This document shows positions 28,071-36,959 of a stretch of DNA of 64,000 bases, piece after piece. Origin of the DNA: Mycobacteriales bacterium (GTDB taxonomy: Bacteria; Actinomycetota; Actinomycetes; JAFAQI01); assembly GCA_035501255.1 (NCBI GenBank), contig DATJWM010000039.1, positions 654 through 64,653 of the forward strand, in the 5' to 3' direction. Each line of letters begins with the position of its first letter. The stretch's first letter is position 1. The notes below the pieces were generated by a model, which was given only the letters and a program-made list of their open reading frames with translations, ran no database searches and was not told the origin of the DNA. Position numbers and translations under genes: made by a program.

Positions 28071-30146
28071 GTGCGCGAGCTCAGCGAGATCGCGACCTCG
28101 CCCCCGGAGCAGAGCGAGGTTCGGTCGGTCCTTGCGATCAAGCCGTTCCGCCGGCTGTGGATCTCCCTCTCGCTGTCCAGCTTGGGCGACTGGTTGGGCT
28201 TCCTCGCGACGACGGCGCTCGCCACTGAACTGACCACGTCCTACTCCCACAAGCTCTATGCCGTGGCCGGCGTCCTGTTCGTGCGGCTGCTTCCCGCGGT
28301 CGTCATCGGTCCGGTCGCCGGCGCGTTCGCCGACCGGTTCAACCGGCGGACGACGATGGTGTTCACCGACGTGCTGCGTTTCGGGCTGGTGTTGTCGATC
28401 CCGTTGTTCCCCCACCTGTGGTGGCTGCTGGTCGCGTCCTTCCTGGTCGAGTGCAACAGCCTGTTCTGGATCCCGGCCAAGGAGGCCTCGATCCCGAATC
28501 TGGTGCCGCGGCACCTGCTCGAGTCGGCCAACCAGCTCAACCTCGTGACGACGTACGGATTCGGCGCAGTTGCCGCGTTGGTGTTCTCGGCGCTGGCCTT
28601 CCTCAATCGCGCACTCGCGCACGACGTGTCTTTCTTCCGCACCAATCCGGTCAACCTCGCGCTCTACATCGACGCGCTGACCTTCCTGATCTCCGCGTTG
28701 ACGATCGTGAACCTCACCCAGATCGCCGGCCCGCGACCGAACGGCACGGCGGCGCTCGAGTCGGGGGACCAGGTCGGGTTGTTCACCTCGATCACCGAAG
28801 GCTTGCGCTTCGTCGGTGGCCAACGCTGGCTCAAGGGTTTGGTGATCGGCGTTTGTGGCGCGACCGGTGCGGGTGCCGCCGTGATCGGGCTGTCACAGCG
28901 TTTCGCCAGCGACCTCAACGGTGGCAATGCGGCGTACGGCACGTTGTTCGGCACCGTGTTCGTCGGGCTTGCGGCCGGGATGTTCCTCGGACCGCGCCTC
29001 GCGGGCGGGTTCTCTCGCCGGCGACTCGTTGGCCTCGGGATCATCGCCTGCGGGCTAACGCTCGCGATCGAGTCCGTCGTACCGAACCTCGCGCTTGCGA
29101 TCCTGACGACCGCGGTCATGGGGTTTTGGGCCGGCCTGGTCTGGGTCGTCGCGCTGACCCTCGTCGGCTCCGAGGTGTCCGACGAGCTGCGCGGACGGAC
29201 GTTCGCGTTCATCTACAACCTGATGCGAATCGTGTTGCTGACCATGGTGGTGGCCGCTCCGGCGGTGGCCGGCGCGATCGGTCCGCACGAGCTCACCGTG
29301 GCCGACTCGCAGGTTCGCCTCGACGGCATCACCTTGACGTTGTTCGGCTTCGGCGTACTCGCGATGGTGCTCGGTTCGATCTGCTACCGGCTGATGGACG
29401 ACCGTCCGGACGTGTCGTTGTGGGCTGACCTCACCGCGGCCGCGCGCCGCAACCGACCGCAGCTCGGTCGTGGGACGACGGCGGGGCTGTTCATCGCGTT
29501 CGAAGGCGGTGAGGGCGCAGGCAAGTCGACCCAGGTCCGACGTCTCGCGGGTGTGGTGCGAGCGCTCGGCCATGAGGTTGTGGTGACTTTCGAACCCGGC
29601 GCGACGGCGATCGGCGCGCGGTTGCGGGACGTCCTGCTCGACCGGGAGAACGCCCAGATCACTGCGCTTGCGGAGGCGCTGCTCTACGCCGCAGACCGGG
29701 CCCAGCACGTCGCGACCGTGATCCGCCCGGCGATCGAACGCGGAGCGGTAGTGATCACGGACCGCTACGTGGACTCCACCGTCGCCTATCAGTCCGGTGG
29801 GCGTGGCCTACCCGAGCGTGACATCCGCCGGATCTCCGCGCTTGCCACGGGTGGCCTTCGGCCCGATCTGACGATCCTGCTCGACGTTCCGCCCTCGCTG
29901 GGGCTGCAGCGACTTACCGGCCCGGGCGACCGGATCGAGACCGAAGAGATCGAGTTCCACCAGCGGGTACGGCGTAGCTTCCGCAGCCTCGCGAACCAGC
30001 GGCGCGGTCGCTACCTGGTCATCGATGCGACCGCGAGCGTGGACCATATCCACGAGGTGGTCGTCGCGCGGGCGTTGCAGCTGATCCTGTCCGCGGACCT
30101 CGCGGACGATGCGTCCGCACGTTCGCTCGCGAAGGCCACGTCATGA
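28071..30146 (+). CDS. tmk: Polytopic MFS-like membrane domain fused to thymidylate kinase (SCO3542-type fusion)
   Basis: About 470 aa with roughly 12 TM helices. These run without stop or restart codon into a canonical Tmk (GLFIAFEGGEGAGKST...DRYVDSTVAYQ). Confidence 0.85.
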   Translation: MRELSEIATSPPEQSEVRSVLAIKPFRRLWISLSLSSLGDWLGFLATTALATELTTSYSHKLYAVAGVLFVRLLPAVVIGPVAGAFADRFNRRTTMVFTDVLRFGLVLSIPLFPHLWWLLVASFLVECNSLFWIPAKEASIPNLVPRHLLESANQLNLVTTYGFGAVAALVFSALAFLNRALAHDVSFFRTNPVNLALYIDALTFLISALTIVNLTQIAGPRPNGTAALESGDQVGLFTSITEGLRFVGGQRWLKGLVIGVCGATGAGAAVIGLSQRFASDLNGGNAAYGTLFGTVFVGLAAGMFLGPRLAGGFSRRRLVGLGIIACGLTLAIESVVPNLALAILTTAVMGFWAGLVWVVALTLVGSEVSDELRGRTFAFIYNLMRIVLLTMVVAAPAVAGAIGPHELTVADSQVRLDGITLTLFGFGVLAMVLGSICYRLMDDRPDVSLWADLTAAARRNRPQLGRGTTAGLFIAFEGGEGAGKSTQVRRLAGVVRALGHEVVVTFEPGATAIGARLRDVLLDRENAQITALAEALLYAADRAQHVATVIRPAIERGAVVITDRYVDSTVAYQSGGRGLPERDIRRISALATGGLRPDLTILLDVPPSLGLQRLTGPGDRIETEEIEFHQRVRRSFRSLANQRRGRYLVIDATASVDHIHEVVVARALQLILSADLADDASARSLAKATS

Positions 30147-31303
30147 GCGTCTTTGATGGGTTGATCGGTCAGGACTGCGTCGTCGCGCAGCTTGACACAG
30201 CATCGCGCCTGGCGGGCGCCGCACTTCGTGGTGAGCCAGGCGCCGGTCTGGCGCATGCCTGGCTGTTCACCGGCCCGCCTGGCTCGGGACGGTCGGTCGC
30301 GGCCCGCGCTTTCGCGGCCGCGCTTCAGTGTCCCGATTCAGGGTGCGGGCAGTGTCACGAGTGTGAGACCGCAATGTCGGGCGCGCACGCCGACGTCGAG
30401 CTGGTCACCCCTTCGGGGCTGTCGTACAGCGTCGCCGACACGCGCGTTCTCCTCACGCGGGCGGCCCTCGCGCCGACCCGTGGGCGCTGGCAGGTGACGA
30501 TCGTCGAGGACGCCGACCGCTTCACCGAGCAAGCGCTCAACGCGTTGCTGAAGGCGCTGGAGGAGCCGCCGCCGCACGGCATCTGGTTGTTGTGCGCTCC
30601 GTCGGTCGAGGATCTGCTGCCGACCATTCGCTCGCGTTGCCGGTTGGTGACATTGCGCGTGCCCCCCGCCGCCGCGGTCGCGGGCCAGCTGATCGGCGAG
30701 GGGATCGAACCCGACGTCGCGCATTTCGCCGCGCGCGCGGCCCAGGGACACGTCGGCCGGGCCCGGCGACTAGCGACCGATCCCGAAGCCGCGCGGCGAC
30801 GACGCGAGGTGCTTGACCTGCCTACCCGGCTCGACACGATGAGCCAATGCTTCGCGGCGGCGGCACGCCTGGTCGACGCCGCCAAGGAAGAAGCCGCGGC
30901 GGTGAGCGCCTCGCTCGACAGCACCGAGCGCGCGGCCCTCCGCGAGGCGATGGGTGACACCGGGGAGCGCGCGCCGAAGCCGCGGGGAATGGCCGGCGCC
31001 ATGTCGGACCTGGAGAAGCGGCAGCGTTCCCGAGCGACCCGCACCCAGCGCGACGCACTCGACCGGGCGCTTGTCGACCTGGCCGCCTTCTATCGCGACG
31101 TACTGATCGTGTCGCTCGGCTCACCGATCGAGCTCGTCAACCTCGACCTGCGGGACACGCTGAGCGAACTCGCGGGCAGCGCGACCCCGGAAGCCACGTT
31201 GCGCCGGATCGAGGCCGTGCTCGCCGCGCGCGAGGCGATCGACGCCAACGTGGCGCCCCTGCTCGCGGTCGAGGCGATGGCCGTCGGTCTCCTCACCGCC
31301 TGA
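30143..31303 (+). CDS. holB: DNA polymerase III subunit delta prime
   Basis: AAA+ clamp-loader motifs (HAWLFTGPPGSGRS, the zinc module CPDSGCGQCHEC, SRC motif TIRSRCR). ATGA overlap with tmk. Confidence 0.9.
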   Translation: MSVFDGLIGQDCVVAQLDTASRLAGAALRGEPGAGLAHAWLFTGPPGSGRSVAARAFAAALQCPDSGCGQCHECETAMSGAHADVELVTPSGLSYSVADTRVLLTRAALAPTRGRWQVTIVEDADRFTEQALNALLKALEEPPPHGIWLLCAPSVEDLLPTIRSRCRLVTLRVPPAAAVAGQLIGEGIEPDVAHFAARAAQGHVGRARRLATDPEAARRRREVLDLPTRLDTMSQCFAAAARLVDAAKEEAAAVSASLDSTERAALREAMGDTGERAPKPRGMAGAMSDLEKRQRSRATRTQRDALDRALVDLAAFYRDVLIVSLGSPIELVNLDLRDTLSELAGSATPEATLRRIEAVLAAREAIDANVAPLLAVEAMAVGLLTA

Positions 31304-31312
31304 CCCATCAAA

Positions 31313-31428
31313 ACGGCGTGACGCTGTTTCGCTCTGGCCGATACGGCGTGACGCTGTTTCGCTCTGGCCTATACGGCGTGACGCTGTTTCGCTCTGGCCT
31401 ATACGGCGTGACGCCGTTTTCGCACCTA
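31313..31428 (+). repeat. Tandem array A of a 30-bp repeat (about 3.8 copies), unit ACGGCGTGACGCTGTTTCGCTCTGGCC(T/G)AT
   Basis: Three full copies and one partial copy sit immediately after the holB stop. Each unit carries the near-palindrome ACGGCGTGACGC(C/T)GT. The array is in phase, so TGA recurs in the downstream gene's frame. Confidence 0.9.
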
Positions 31429-31471
31429 CGCTGGAGCGATCAAACCCTCCGTTTTCGCTGTCCTGGCTGCA

Positions 31472-32956
31472 TTGGGTGTGGCCGTCGGCTGCTCGTTCGT
31501 CGGCAGCACCGCCCCGCAAAGCGGGTCGAGTGACCTGCCGTCACCGACGAGCATCGGCACAGCCAAGCCGGGGACGACCGTCGCCGACTATTACCACCAG
31601 CATCTGTCCTGGACCTCGTGTGACGGCGGCTTCCAATGCGCGACGCTGACCGTTCCCGTCGACTACCACAAGCCCGCCGGCGCGACCCTCGGGCTGGTGG
31701 TCATCAAGGCGCCCGCGTCGGGGACCAGTCGCGGGTCACTGGTCGTCAACCCGGGCGGTCCCGGCGGCTCCGGGGTCGAGTTCGTCGCTCAAGCCGCCCC
31801 GGCGTTCTCTCAGCTGACCGAGCACTTCGACCTGGTCTCCTTCGACCCGCGCGGCGTCGGTCGTTCCGCCCCGATCCGGTGCGTGACCTCCGCGCAACTG
31901 ACCCACGGGCTGAACCTGAACCCCGCACCGACGACGCCGGCCGGAATCGGCGCGCTGGTGCGCTCGGACCGGGCGTTCGCGCGCGGATGTGCCAACCGCA
32001 ACGGTCACTACCTCGCCCACGTCGCGACCATCGACGAGGCGCGCGACCTCGATGTCCTTCGGGCTGCGCTCGGAGAGGCAAAGCTCACCTACTACGGCGC
32101 CTCCTACGGGACCTACCTCGGTGCCAAGTACGCCCAACTGTTCCCGACCCGAATTCGCGCGATGGTGCTGGACGGTGCCGTCAACCCGGCCGAGTCCACC
32201 ACCCGGTCCAACCTCGTCCAGGCGGAGGGTTTCGAGACCGACCTGCACGACATGCTTGCCGCCTGCGTGAGCGCGGGATCGTGCCCGCTGGGCTCGACCG
32301 AGGCTGAGGCCTACCAAACGGTGCGCGACCTCGAGGCCTCGATCGCCGCTCAGCCGTTGGCGGTCGGGGATCGGATGCTCGGTCCCGGGTTGTTCTTCGA
32401 AGGCCTCGCGTCGGGGTTGTACTCGACCGCCGCCTGGAAGACGCTCTGGAGCGCGCTTGCCGCCGCGAAGGACGGGGACGGCGCGAGCATGCTGGCGCTG
32501 GCCGACGATCTCACTGAGCGCAACAGCGATGGCGAGTACTCGAACCTGATCGAAGCCAACACCGCGATCGGGTGCATCGACCGGCCGTCACCGCGCTCGA
32601 TCGCCCGGTACGCCGCGACCGCGCGGGCGTTTGCCCGGCAAGCACCCGACTTCGGCGCCGCGATCGAGTACGGCTCGATGTCCTGTGCGTTTTGGCCCGT
32701 ACCGGCCGTCGAGCGCCCACACCCGGTGCACGCGTCCGGTGCGCCGCCGATTGTGGTGATCGGCACGACCCGCGACCCCGCCACGCCGTACGTGTGGGCG
32801 CAGGCGCTTGCGCACCAACTTCGCTCCGGGGTGTTGTTGACCTACGACGGCGACGGGCACACCGCCTACCTCGACGGCAATGCGTGTGTGGAGGCGGCCG
32901 TGAAAGCCTACGTCGAAGACCTCACACCACCGCCCGTCGGTACGACCTGCCGCTAG
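31472..32956 (+). CDS. S33-family tripeptidyl aminopeptidase-like alpha/beta hydrolase, probable lipoprotein (start uncertain)
   Basis: Nucleophile elbow GASYG and a TAP-like C-terminus. Only a TTG at 31472 is available after the in-frame TGA at 31409. A lipoprotein-type signal (KPSVFAVLAALGVAVGCS) precedes the TTG in frame without a canonical start. Confidence 0.7.
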   Translation: MGVAVGCSFVGSTAPQSGSSDLPSPTSIGTAKPGTTVADYYHQHLSWTSCDGGFQCATLTVPVDYHKPAGATLGLVVIKAPASGTSRGSLVVNPGGPGGSGVEFVAQAAPAFSQLTEHFDLVSFDPRGVGRSAPIRCVTSAQLTHGLNLNPAPTTPAGIGALVRSDRAFARGCANRNGHYLAHVATIDEARDLDVLRAALGEAKLTYYGASYGTYLGAKYAQLFPTRIRAMVLDGAVNPAESTTRSNLVQAEGFETDLHDMLAACVSAGSCPLGSTEAEAYQTVRDLEASIAAQPLAVGDRMLGPGLFFEGLASGLYSTAAWKTLWSALAAAKDGDGASMLALADDLTERNSDGEYSNLIEANTAIGCIDRPSPRSIARYAATARAFARQAPDFGAAIEYGSMSCAFWPVPAVERPHPVHASGAPPIVVIGTTRDPATPYVWAQALAHQLRSGVLLTYDGDGHTAYLDGNACVEAAVKAYVEDLTPPPVGTTCR

Positions 32957-33012
32957 CCCGAGCGGCCGCGGTCGCGCGGCTACACTCTCTCGGGTCGCGC
33001 CGCGAGGCGCGC

Positions 33013-33085
33013 GCCGCCTTAGCTCAGTCGGTAGAGCGATTCACTCGTAATGAATAGGTCGTCGGTTCGATTCCGACAGGCGGCT
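33013..33085 (+). tRNA. tRNA-Thr (anticodon CGT)
   Basis: Cloverleaf: acceptor GCCGCCT/AGGCGGC, D arm GCTCAGTCGGTAGAGC, anticodon loop CTCGTAA, T arm GTCGGTTCGATTCCGAC, discriminator T. CCA is not encoded. Confidence 0.9.
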
Positions 33086-33153
33086 CCGGCAGGTGACCCC
33101 TGACCCTCGCGCGGCGGTACGCGGCGCCGAGCAGGCCGTCTAGCCTTGCGTTG

Positions 33154-34869
33154 ATGAGAGGTACGGCGCAGCTCGGGCCGCAGGCCAGGGAGGACGCCTG
33201 GAAGGCCCTCGACGGTGGCCACGTCGAGGTCCTCGTCATCGGCGGCGGCGTCGTCGGCTGCGGCGTCGCGCTGGACGCGGCGACGCGGGGCCTGCGCAGC
33301 GCGCTCGTCGAGGCGCGCGACCTGGCGAGCGGCACCTCCTCCCGGTCGTCGAAGCTCATCCACGGTGGGCTGCGCTACCTCGAGCAGATGGACTTCGCGC
33401 TCGTCCGGGAAGCGCTGCACGAGCGCGAACTGGTGCTGAGCCGCCTCGCTCCGCACCTGGTGAAACCGGTGTCGTTCCTCTACCCGTTGACCCACCATGG
33501 CTGGGAGCGGTTGTACGTCGGGGCCGGTCTGGCGCTCTACGACACCCTTGGTGGCGCCCGATCGGTGCCCCGGCACCGGCATCTGACCCGTCGTGGTGCC
33601 CGCGCCCTCGCCCCGGCCCTACGCCGCGATGCTCTGGTTGGCGGGATTCGCTACTACGACGCACAGTGTGACGACGCGAGGTACGCCCTGACCGTCGCCC
33701 GCACCGCCGCGGTGTACGGGGCGGTCGTGCGTCCCTCGACGGAGGTCATCGGATTCGTTCGGGAGGGTGGTCGGATCACCGGGGCTGTCCTGCGCGACAC
33801 CGAGACGGGGGCGACCTGCACGGTCACGACCGGAGTCGTGATCAACGCGACCGGGGTGTGGACGGACGACGTCCAGCGCCTCGCCGACTCGCGCGGTGAG
33901 TTCAAGGTCCGGGCGTCGAAGGGTATTCACATCGTCGTTCCGCGGGACCGGATCTCCTCGAGCACCGGGATCATCCTTCGCACCGAGGAATCGGTGCTGT
34001 TCGTCATTCCCTGGGGCGAGTACTGGATCATCGGAACGACCGACCACGACTGGCACTACGACAAGGCCCACCCGGCCGCGAGCAAGGTGGACATCGACTA
34101 CCTGCTGACTCGACTCAACGAGGTCCTGGCCGTCCCGCTCACCAGAGCGGACATCTCCGGGGTGTACGCCGGTCTCCGGCCGCTGTTGTCCGGCGAACAC
34201 GAGGAGACCTCGCAGCTGTCTCGCGAGCACGCGATCAGCCGGTCACCTCGCGGGATGGTCTCGGTGGCCGGCGGGAAGTACACCACCTACCGGGTGATGG
34301 CCAAGGACGCCGTTGACGCCGCAGTGGGCGATCTGGGTCGGCACACGCCGCCGTGCGTCACCGAGCAGATCGCGTTGATCGGCGCCGATGGGTACCACGC
34401 CCTCGCCAATCAGGCGGAGTCGCTCGCGACCGACCTGGGGCTTGCGCGCTGGCGAGTGGATCACCTTCTCGATCGCTTCGGTGCGTTGATCGACGACGTG
34501 CTCGCACCGGCCGTGGAGGATCCGAGCTGGCTCGAGCCGGTGCCCGGCGCCGGGACCTACCTCATGGCTGAGGTCCGCTATGCCGCGACGCATGAGGCTG
34601 CCCTGCACGTCGACGACGTGCTGACCCGCAGGACCCGGATCTCGATCGAGACCGATCACCGGGGGGTCGTGTCGGCCCCGGCTGTCGCGGCCGCCCTCGC
34701 GACCGTGCTCGGGTGGGACGAGGAGACCCGGGAGCGGGAGGTCGAGACCTACGTCGCTCGGGTGGGCGCCGAGCGGTTGAGCCAGGAACAGACCGACGAC
34801 GAGAACGCCGACGCCCACCGGCTGCTGGCCCCGGATACCCGGCGAACCGTCGTCGACGCGCGGGGCTGA
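33154..34869 (+). CDS. glpD: FAD-dependent glycerol-3-phosphate dehydrogenase
   Basis: FAD-binding site VLVIGGGVVGCGVALDAATRG and GlpD homology throughout. Confidence 0.9.
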   Translation: MRGTAQLGPQAREDAWKALDGGHVEVLVIGGGVVGCGVALDAATRGLRSALVEARDLASGTSSRSSKLIHGGLRYLEQMDFALVREALHERELVLSRLAPHLVKPVSFLYPLTHHGWERLYVGAGLALYDTLGGARSVPRHRHLTRRGARALAPALRRDALVGGIRYYDAQCDDARYALTVARTAAVYGAVVRPSTEVIGFVREGGRITGAVLRDTETGATCTVTTGVVINATGVWTDDVQRLADSRGEFKVRASKGIHIVVPRDRISSSTGIILRTEESVLFVIPWGEYWIIGTTDHDWHYDKAHPAASKVDIDYLLTRLNEVLAVPLTRADISGVYAGLRPLLSGEHEETSQLSREHAISRSPRGMVSVAGGKYTTYRVMAKDAVDAAVGDLGRHTPPCVTEQIALIGADGYHALANQAESLATDLGLARWRVDHLLDRFGALIDDVLAPAVEDPSWLEPVPGAGTYLMAEVRYAATHEAALHVDDVLTRRTRISIETDHRGVVSAPAVAAALATVLGWDEETREREVETYVARVGAERLSQEQTDDENADAHRLLAPDTRRTVVDARG

Positions 34870-34890
34870 GGCGGCCGACGGAGGGGCCGG

Positions 34891-35298
34891 TCAGCCGCCG
34901 GATCGTCCCCGCAACGTCTTGACGCCCCGGTAGACGCCGTACCCGATTCCGGTGGATGCGAGTGCGCCGACGGTGAGGAAGGCCACGGACAGGCCTGGCC
35001 GGGCCCCGCTGACCGCTCCGCGGGCGGGCACTGCGGCCCGCTCGCGCACCCCGCGCGGGCGGGCCCGCGCGAGCAACTCGTCGAGCAGACCGTCCGGCGG
35101 CTCGGGCGGCTGATCGCGCAGCGCGGTCAGGGCATCGGCGAGTTGCTGCTGGCGGTCGCGCTCGGCGGTGCACCCTGCGCAGTGCCGAAGATGAGCGCGC
35201 ACGACGTGCAGCGACCATCCGGTCAGCTCGCCGTCGACCAGGGCCGGCAGTTGGGAACGGGTCTCGCGGCAAAACCGCGGCAGGTCCTCCTCGCTCAT
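34891..35298 (-). CDS. Membrane-anchored zinc-binding (ZAS/zf-HC2) anti-sigma factor
   Basis: HLRHCAGC motif plus a C-terminal TM helix. Translationally coupled to the upstream ECF sigma factor gene. Confidence 0.7.
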   Translation of the reverse strand: MSEEDLPRFCRETRSQLPALVDGELTGWSLHVVRAHLRHCAGCTAERDRQQQLADALTALRDQPPEPPDGLLDELLARARPRGVRERAAVPARGAVSGARPGLSVAFLTVGALASTGIGYGVYRGVKTLRGRSGG

Positions 35299-35870
35299 GC
35301 GGGTTCGCCGATCGCGGTGTCTGCGTCGCCGAGCACCAACGTGCGAAGACGGGCATGTGCCCGATGCAACCGCACCTTGACCACGCTTTCGGACACTCCG
35401 AGCAGGTCGGCCACCTCCTTCGTGGACAGGCCCTCAAGGTCTCGTAACACGACCACCGCCCGGGCGTCTTCCGCCAGCGTGGCGAGCGCAGCCTCGGAAC
35501 GTGCGGCCAGGTCGGACGTCGCCGCGATCTCATCCGGAAGCGGGCCGCTCGAGGCCAGCTCGGACGCTTCCCCGGGAAGACCGAAGGCGGTGCGACCGGC
35601 GGCCATCCCGGTCTCCCGCGCTCGGGAGCGCTTGCGCAGGACCGTGAGGCACACGTTCACCGTGATCCGGTGCAACCAGGTGCCGAAGGCTGCCTCGCCA
35701 CGGAAGCCGATGACCGAGCGCATCACCCGCACGAACACCTCCTGGGTCGCGTCGGCGGCTTCGTCGGGGTCGGCGAGCATCCGGCGGCACAACGCGTAGA
35801 CGTCGGCGTAGGTCGCGCGGATCAGCGCGTCCAGCGCGTCGGGCTCACCGCGTTGGCACGCCCGCACCAA
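35295..35870 (-). CDS. ECF-type RNA polymerase sigma-70 factor
   Basis: Sigma70 region 2 (FRGEAAFGTWLHRITVNVCL) and region 4 (EGLSTKEVADLLGVSESVVKVRLHRA). TTG/GTG start. Confidence 0.85.
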   Translation of the reverse strand: MVRACQRGEPDALDALIRATYADVYALCRRMLADPDEAADATQEVFVRVMRSVIGFRGEAAFGTWLHRITVNVCLTVLRKRSRARETGMAAGRTAFGLPGEASELASSGPLPDEIAATSDLAARSEAALATLAEDARAVVVLRDLEGLSTKEVADLLGVSESVVKVRLHRAHARLRTLVLGDADTAIGEPA

Positions 35871-36035
35871 CGCCGGGTCGACGTCGATATCAGACCTCCC
35901 TCACGCCGGTTCGGTTACCGGGATCGCCCCTGGTGGATCGACCCGGGAAAAACTGGTCTGTAACCAAGGCTGCGCCGCGGAGTCAAAACAGGTGACGCGG
36001 CGCGCCGATGTGCCGCAGACAGGGAGAAAAGTCCG

Positions 36036-36347
36036 ATGTACGCATTCGTCGTGTTCGTGGGTCTTGCGCTCGCGCTCGCCGTCGTCGGTGAGGTGCTCGA
36101 CGAGGTGCTGCCCGTGAAGGCACCCAGGGCGCTGACCACCACGCTCGCGGTCGGGGTCGCGATCCTCGTCTCGTGGGCACTCGACTACTCGGTGTTCCAG
36201 GCGTTCGGCCAGACACTGCGCGCCCAGTGGATGAACCCGGTCGCGACCGGCGTCGTTCTGGTTGGTGCCGGCGAAGCGATCCGGGCGATCCTCAACAACC
36301 TGGGCCTGACCCTCTCGATCGGGACGAACCGGTCCAAGACGGCGTAG
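36036..36347 (+). CDS. Small hypothetical membrane protein (103 aa, 3 TM)
   Basis: ATG with a GGGAGA Shine-Dalgarno. Hydrophobic helices. Followed by a strong hairpin. Confidence 0.6.
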   Translation: MYAFVVFVGLALALAVVGEVLDEVLPVKAPRALTTTLAVGVAILVSWALDYSVFQAFGQTLRAQWMNPVATGVVLVGAGEAIRAILNNLGLTLSIGTNRSKTA

Positions 36348-36382
36348 CCGTTTGCGACGGCCACCGGCCGTCGTGCGCAACT

Positions 36383-36420
36383 CCGCCCGCCGTACTGCTT
36401 TCCCCGGGTACGGCGGGCGG
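36383..36420. terminator. GC-rich hairpin between convergent genes (candidate bidirectional terminator)
   Basis: CCGCCCGCCGTAC (13 bp) pairs perfectly with GTACGGCGGGCGG around a 12-nt loop. No U-tract, which is common in high-GC actinobacteria. Confidence 0.4.
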
Positions 36421-36456
36421 CCCGCGTCCGGCTCCTCGACCGCGATCTGTGGTTGG

Positions 36457-36939
36457 TCAGGGGGTGCGAAGCCGTTTGCGTGACGCGGTGATCTCGGCTT
36501 CGGCCTCCGCGCGCCCGACCCAGTGGGCGCCCTCGACACTCTTACCGGGTTCGAGGTCCTTGTAGACCTCGAAGAAGTGCTGGATCTCCAGCCGGTCGAA
36601 CTCCGGCAGGTGGTGGATGTCGCGCAGATGCTCCTGCCGAGGGTCGTTCGCCGGCACGCAAATGACCTTGTCGTCGCCACCTTTTTCATCGGTCATCCGG
36701 AACATGCCGATCGCGCGGCTGAGGATCAGGCAGCCGGGAAAGGTCGGCTCGGGGAGCAGCACGAGTGCGTCGAGCGGATCGCCGTCGGCTCCGAGGGTGT
36801 GTTCGACGAAGCCGTAGTCGGCGGGGTATTGGGTGGCCGTGAACAGGGTCCGGTCGAGGCGGATCCGACCGGTGGCGTGATCCACCTCGTATTTGTTGCG
36901 GGTGCCCTTCGGGATCTCGATCAAGACGTCGAACTCCAC
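36457..36939 (-). CDS. ppa: Inorganic pyrophosphatase
   Basis: GTG start at 36939 ([21 protein letters not shown]...) with a GGAGA Shine-Dalgarno. Collinear with Mtb Ppa. The 499-aa track ORF is an over-extension. Confidence 0.95.
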   Translation of the reverse strand: MEFDVLIEIPKGTRNKYEVDHATGRIRLDRTLFTATQYPADYGFVEHTLGADGDPLDALVLLPEPTFPGCLILSRAIGMFRMTDEKGGDDKVICVPANDPRQEHLRDIHHLPEFDRLEIQHFFEVYKDLEPGKSVEGAHWVGRAEAEAEITASRKRLRTP

Positions 36940-36959
36940 CGGGTCTCCAGTCCTCGGGG

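Noticed and set aside
31313-31428. CRISPR array hypothesis for the three 30-bp direct-repeat clusters.
   Set aside because: The repeats are contiguous with no spacers. They show copy-to-copy drift and occur in both orientations at separate loci. No cas genes are present. They are minisatellite or REP-like elements, not CRISPR.
36036-36347. Small membrane ORF possibly spurious.
   Set aside because: Kept as a feature instead. It has a clean ATG with a GGGAGA Shine-Dalgarno, three hydrophobic helices, lies in an intergenic position, and is followed by a strong terminator hairpin.
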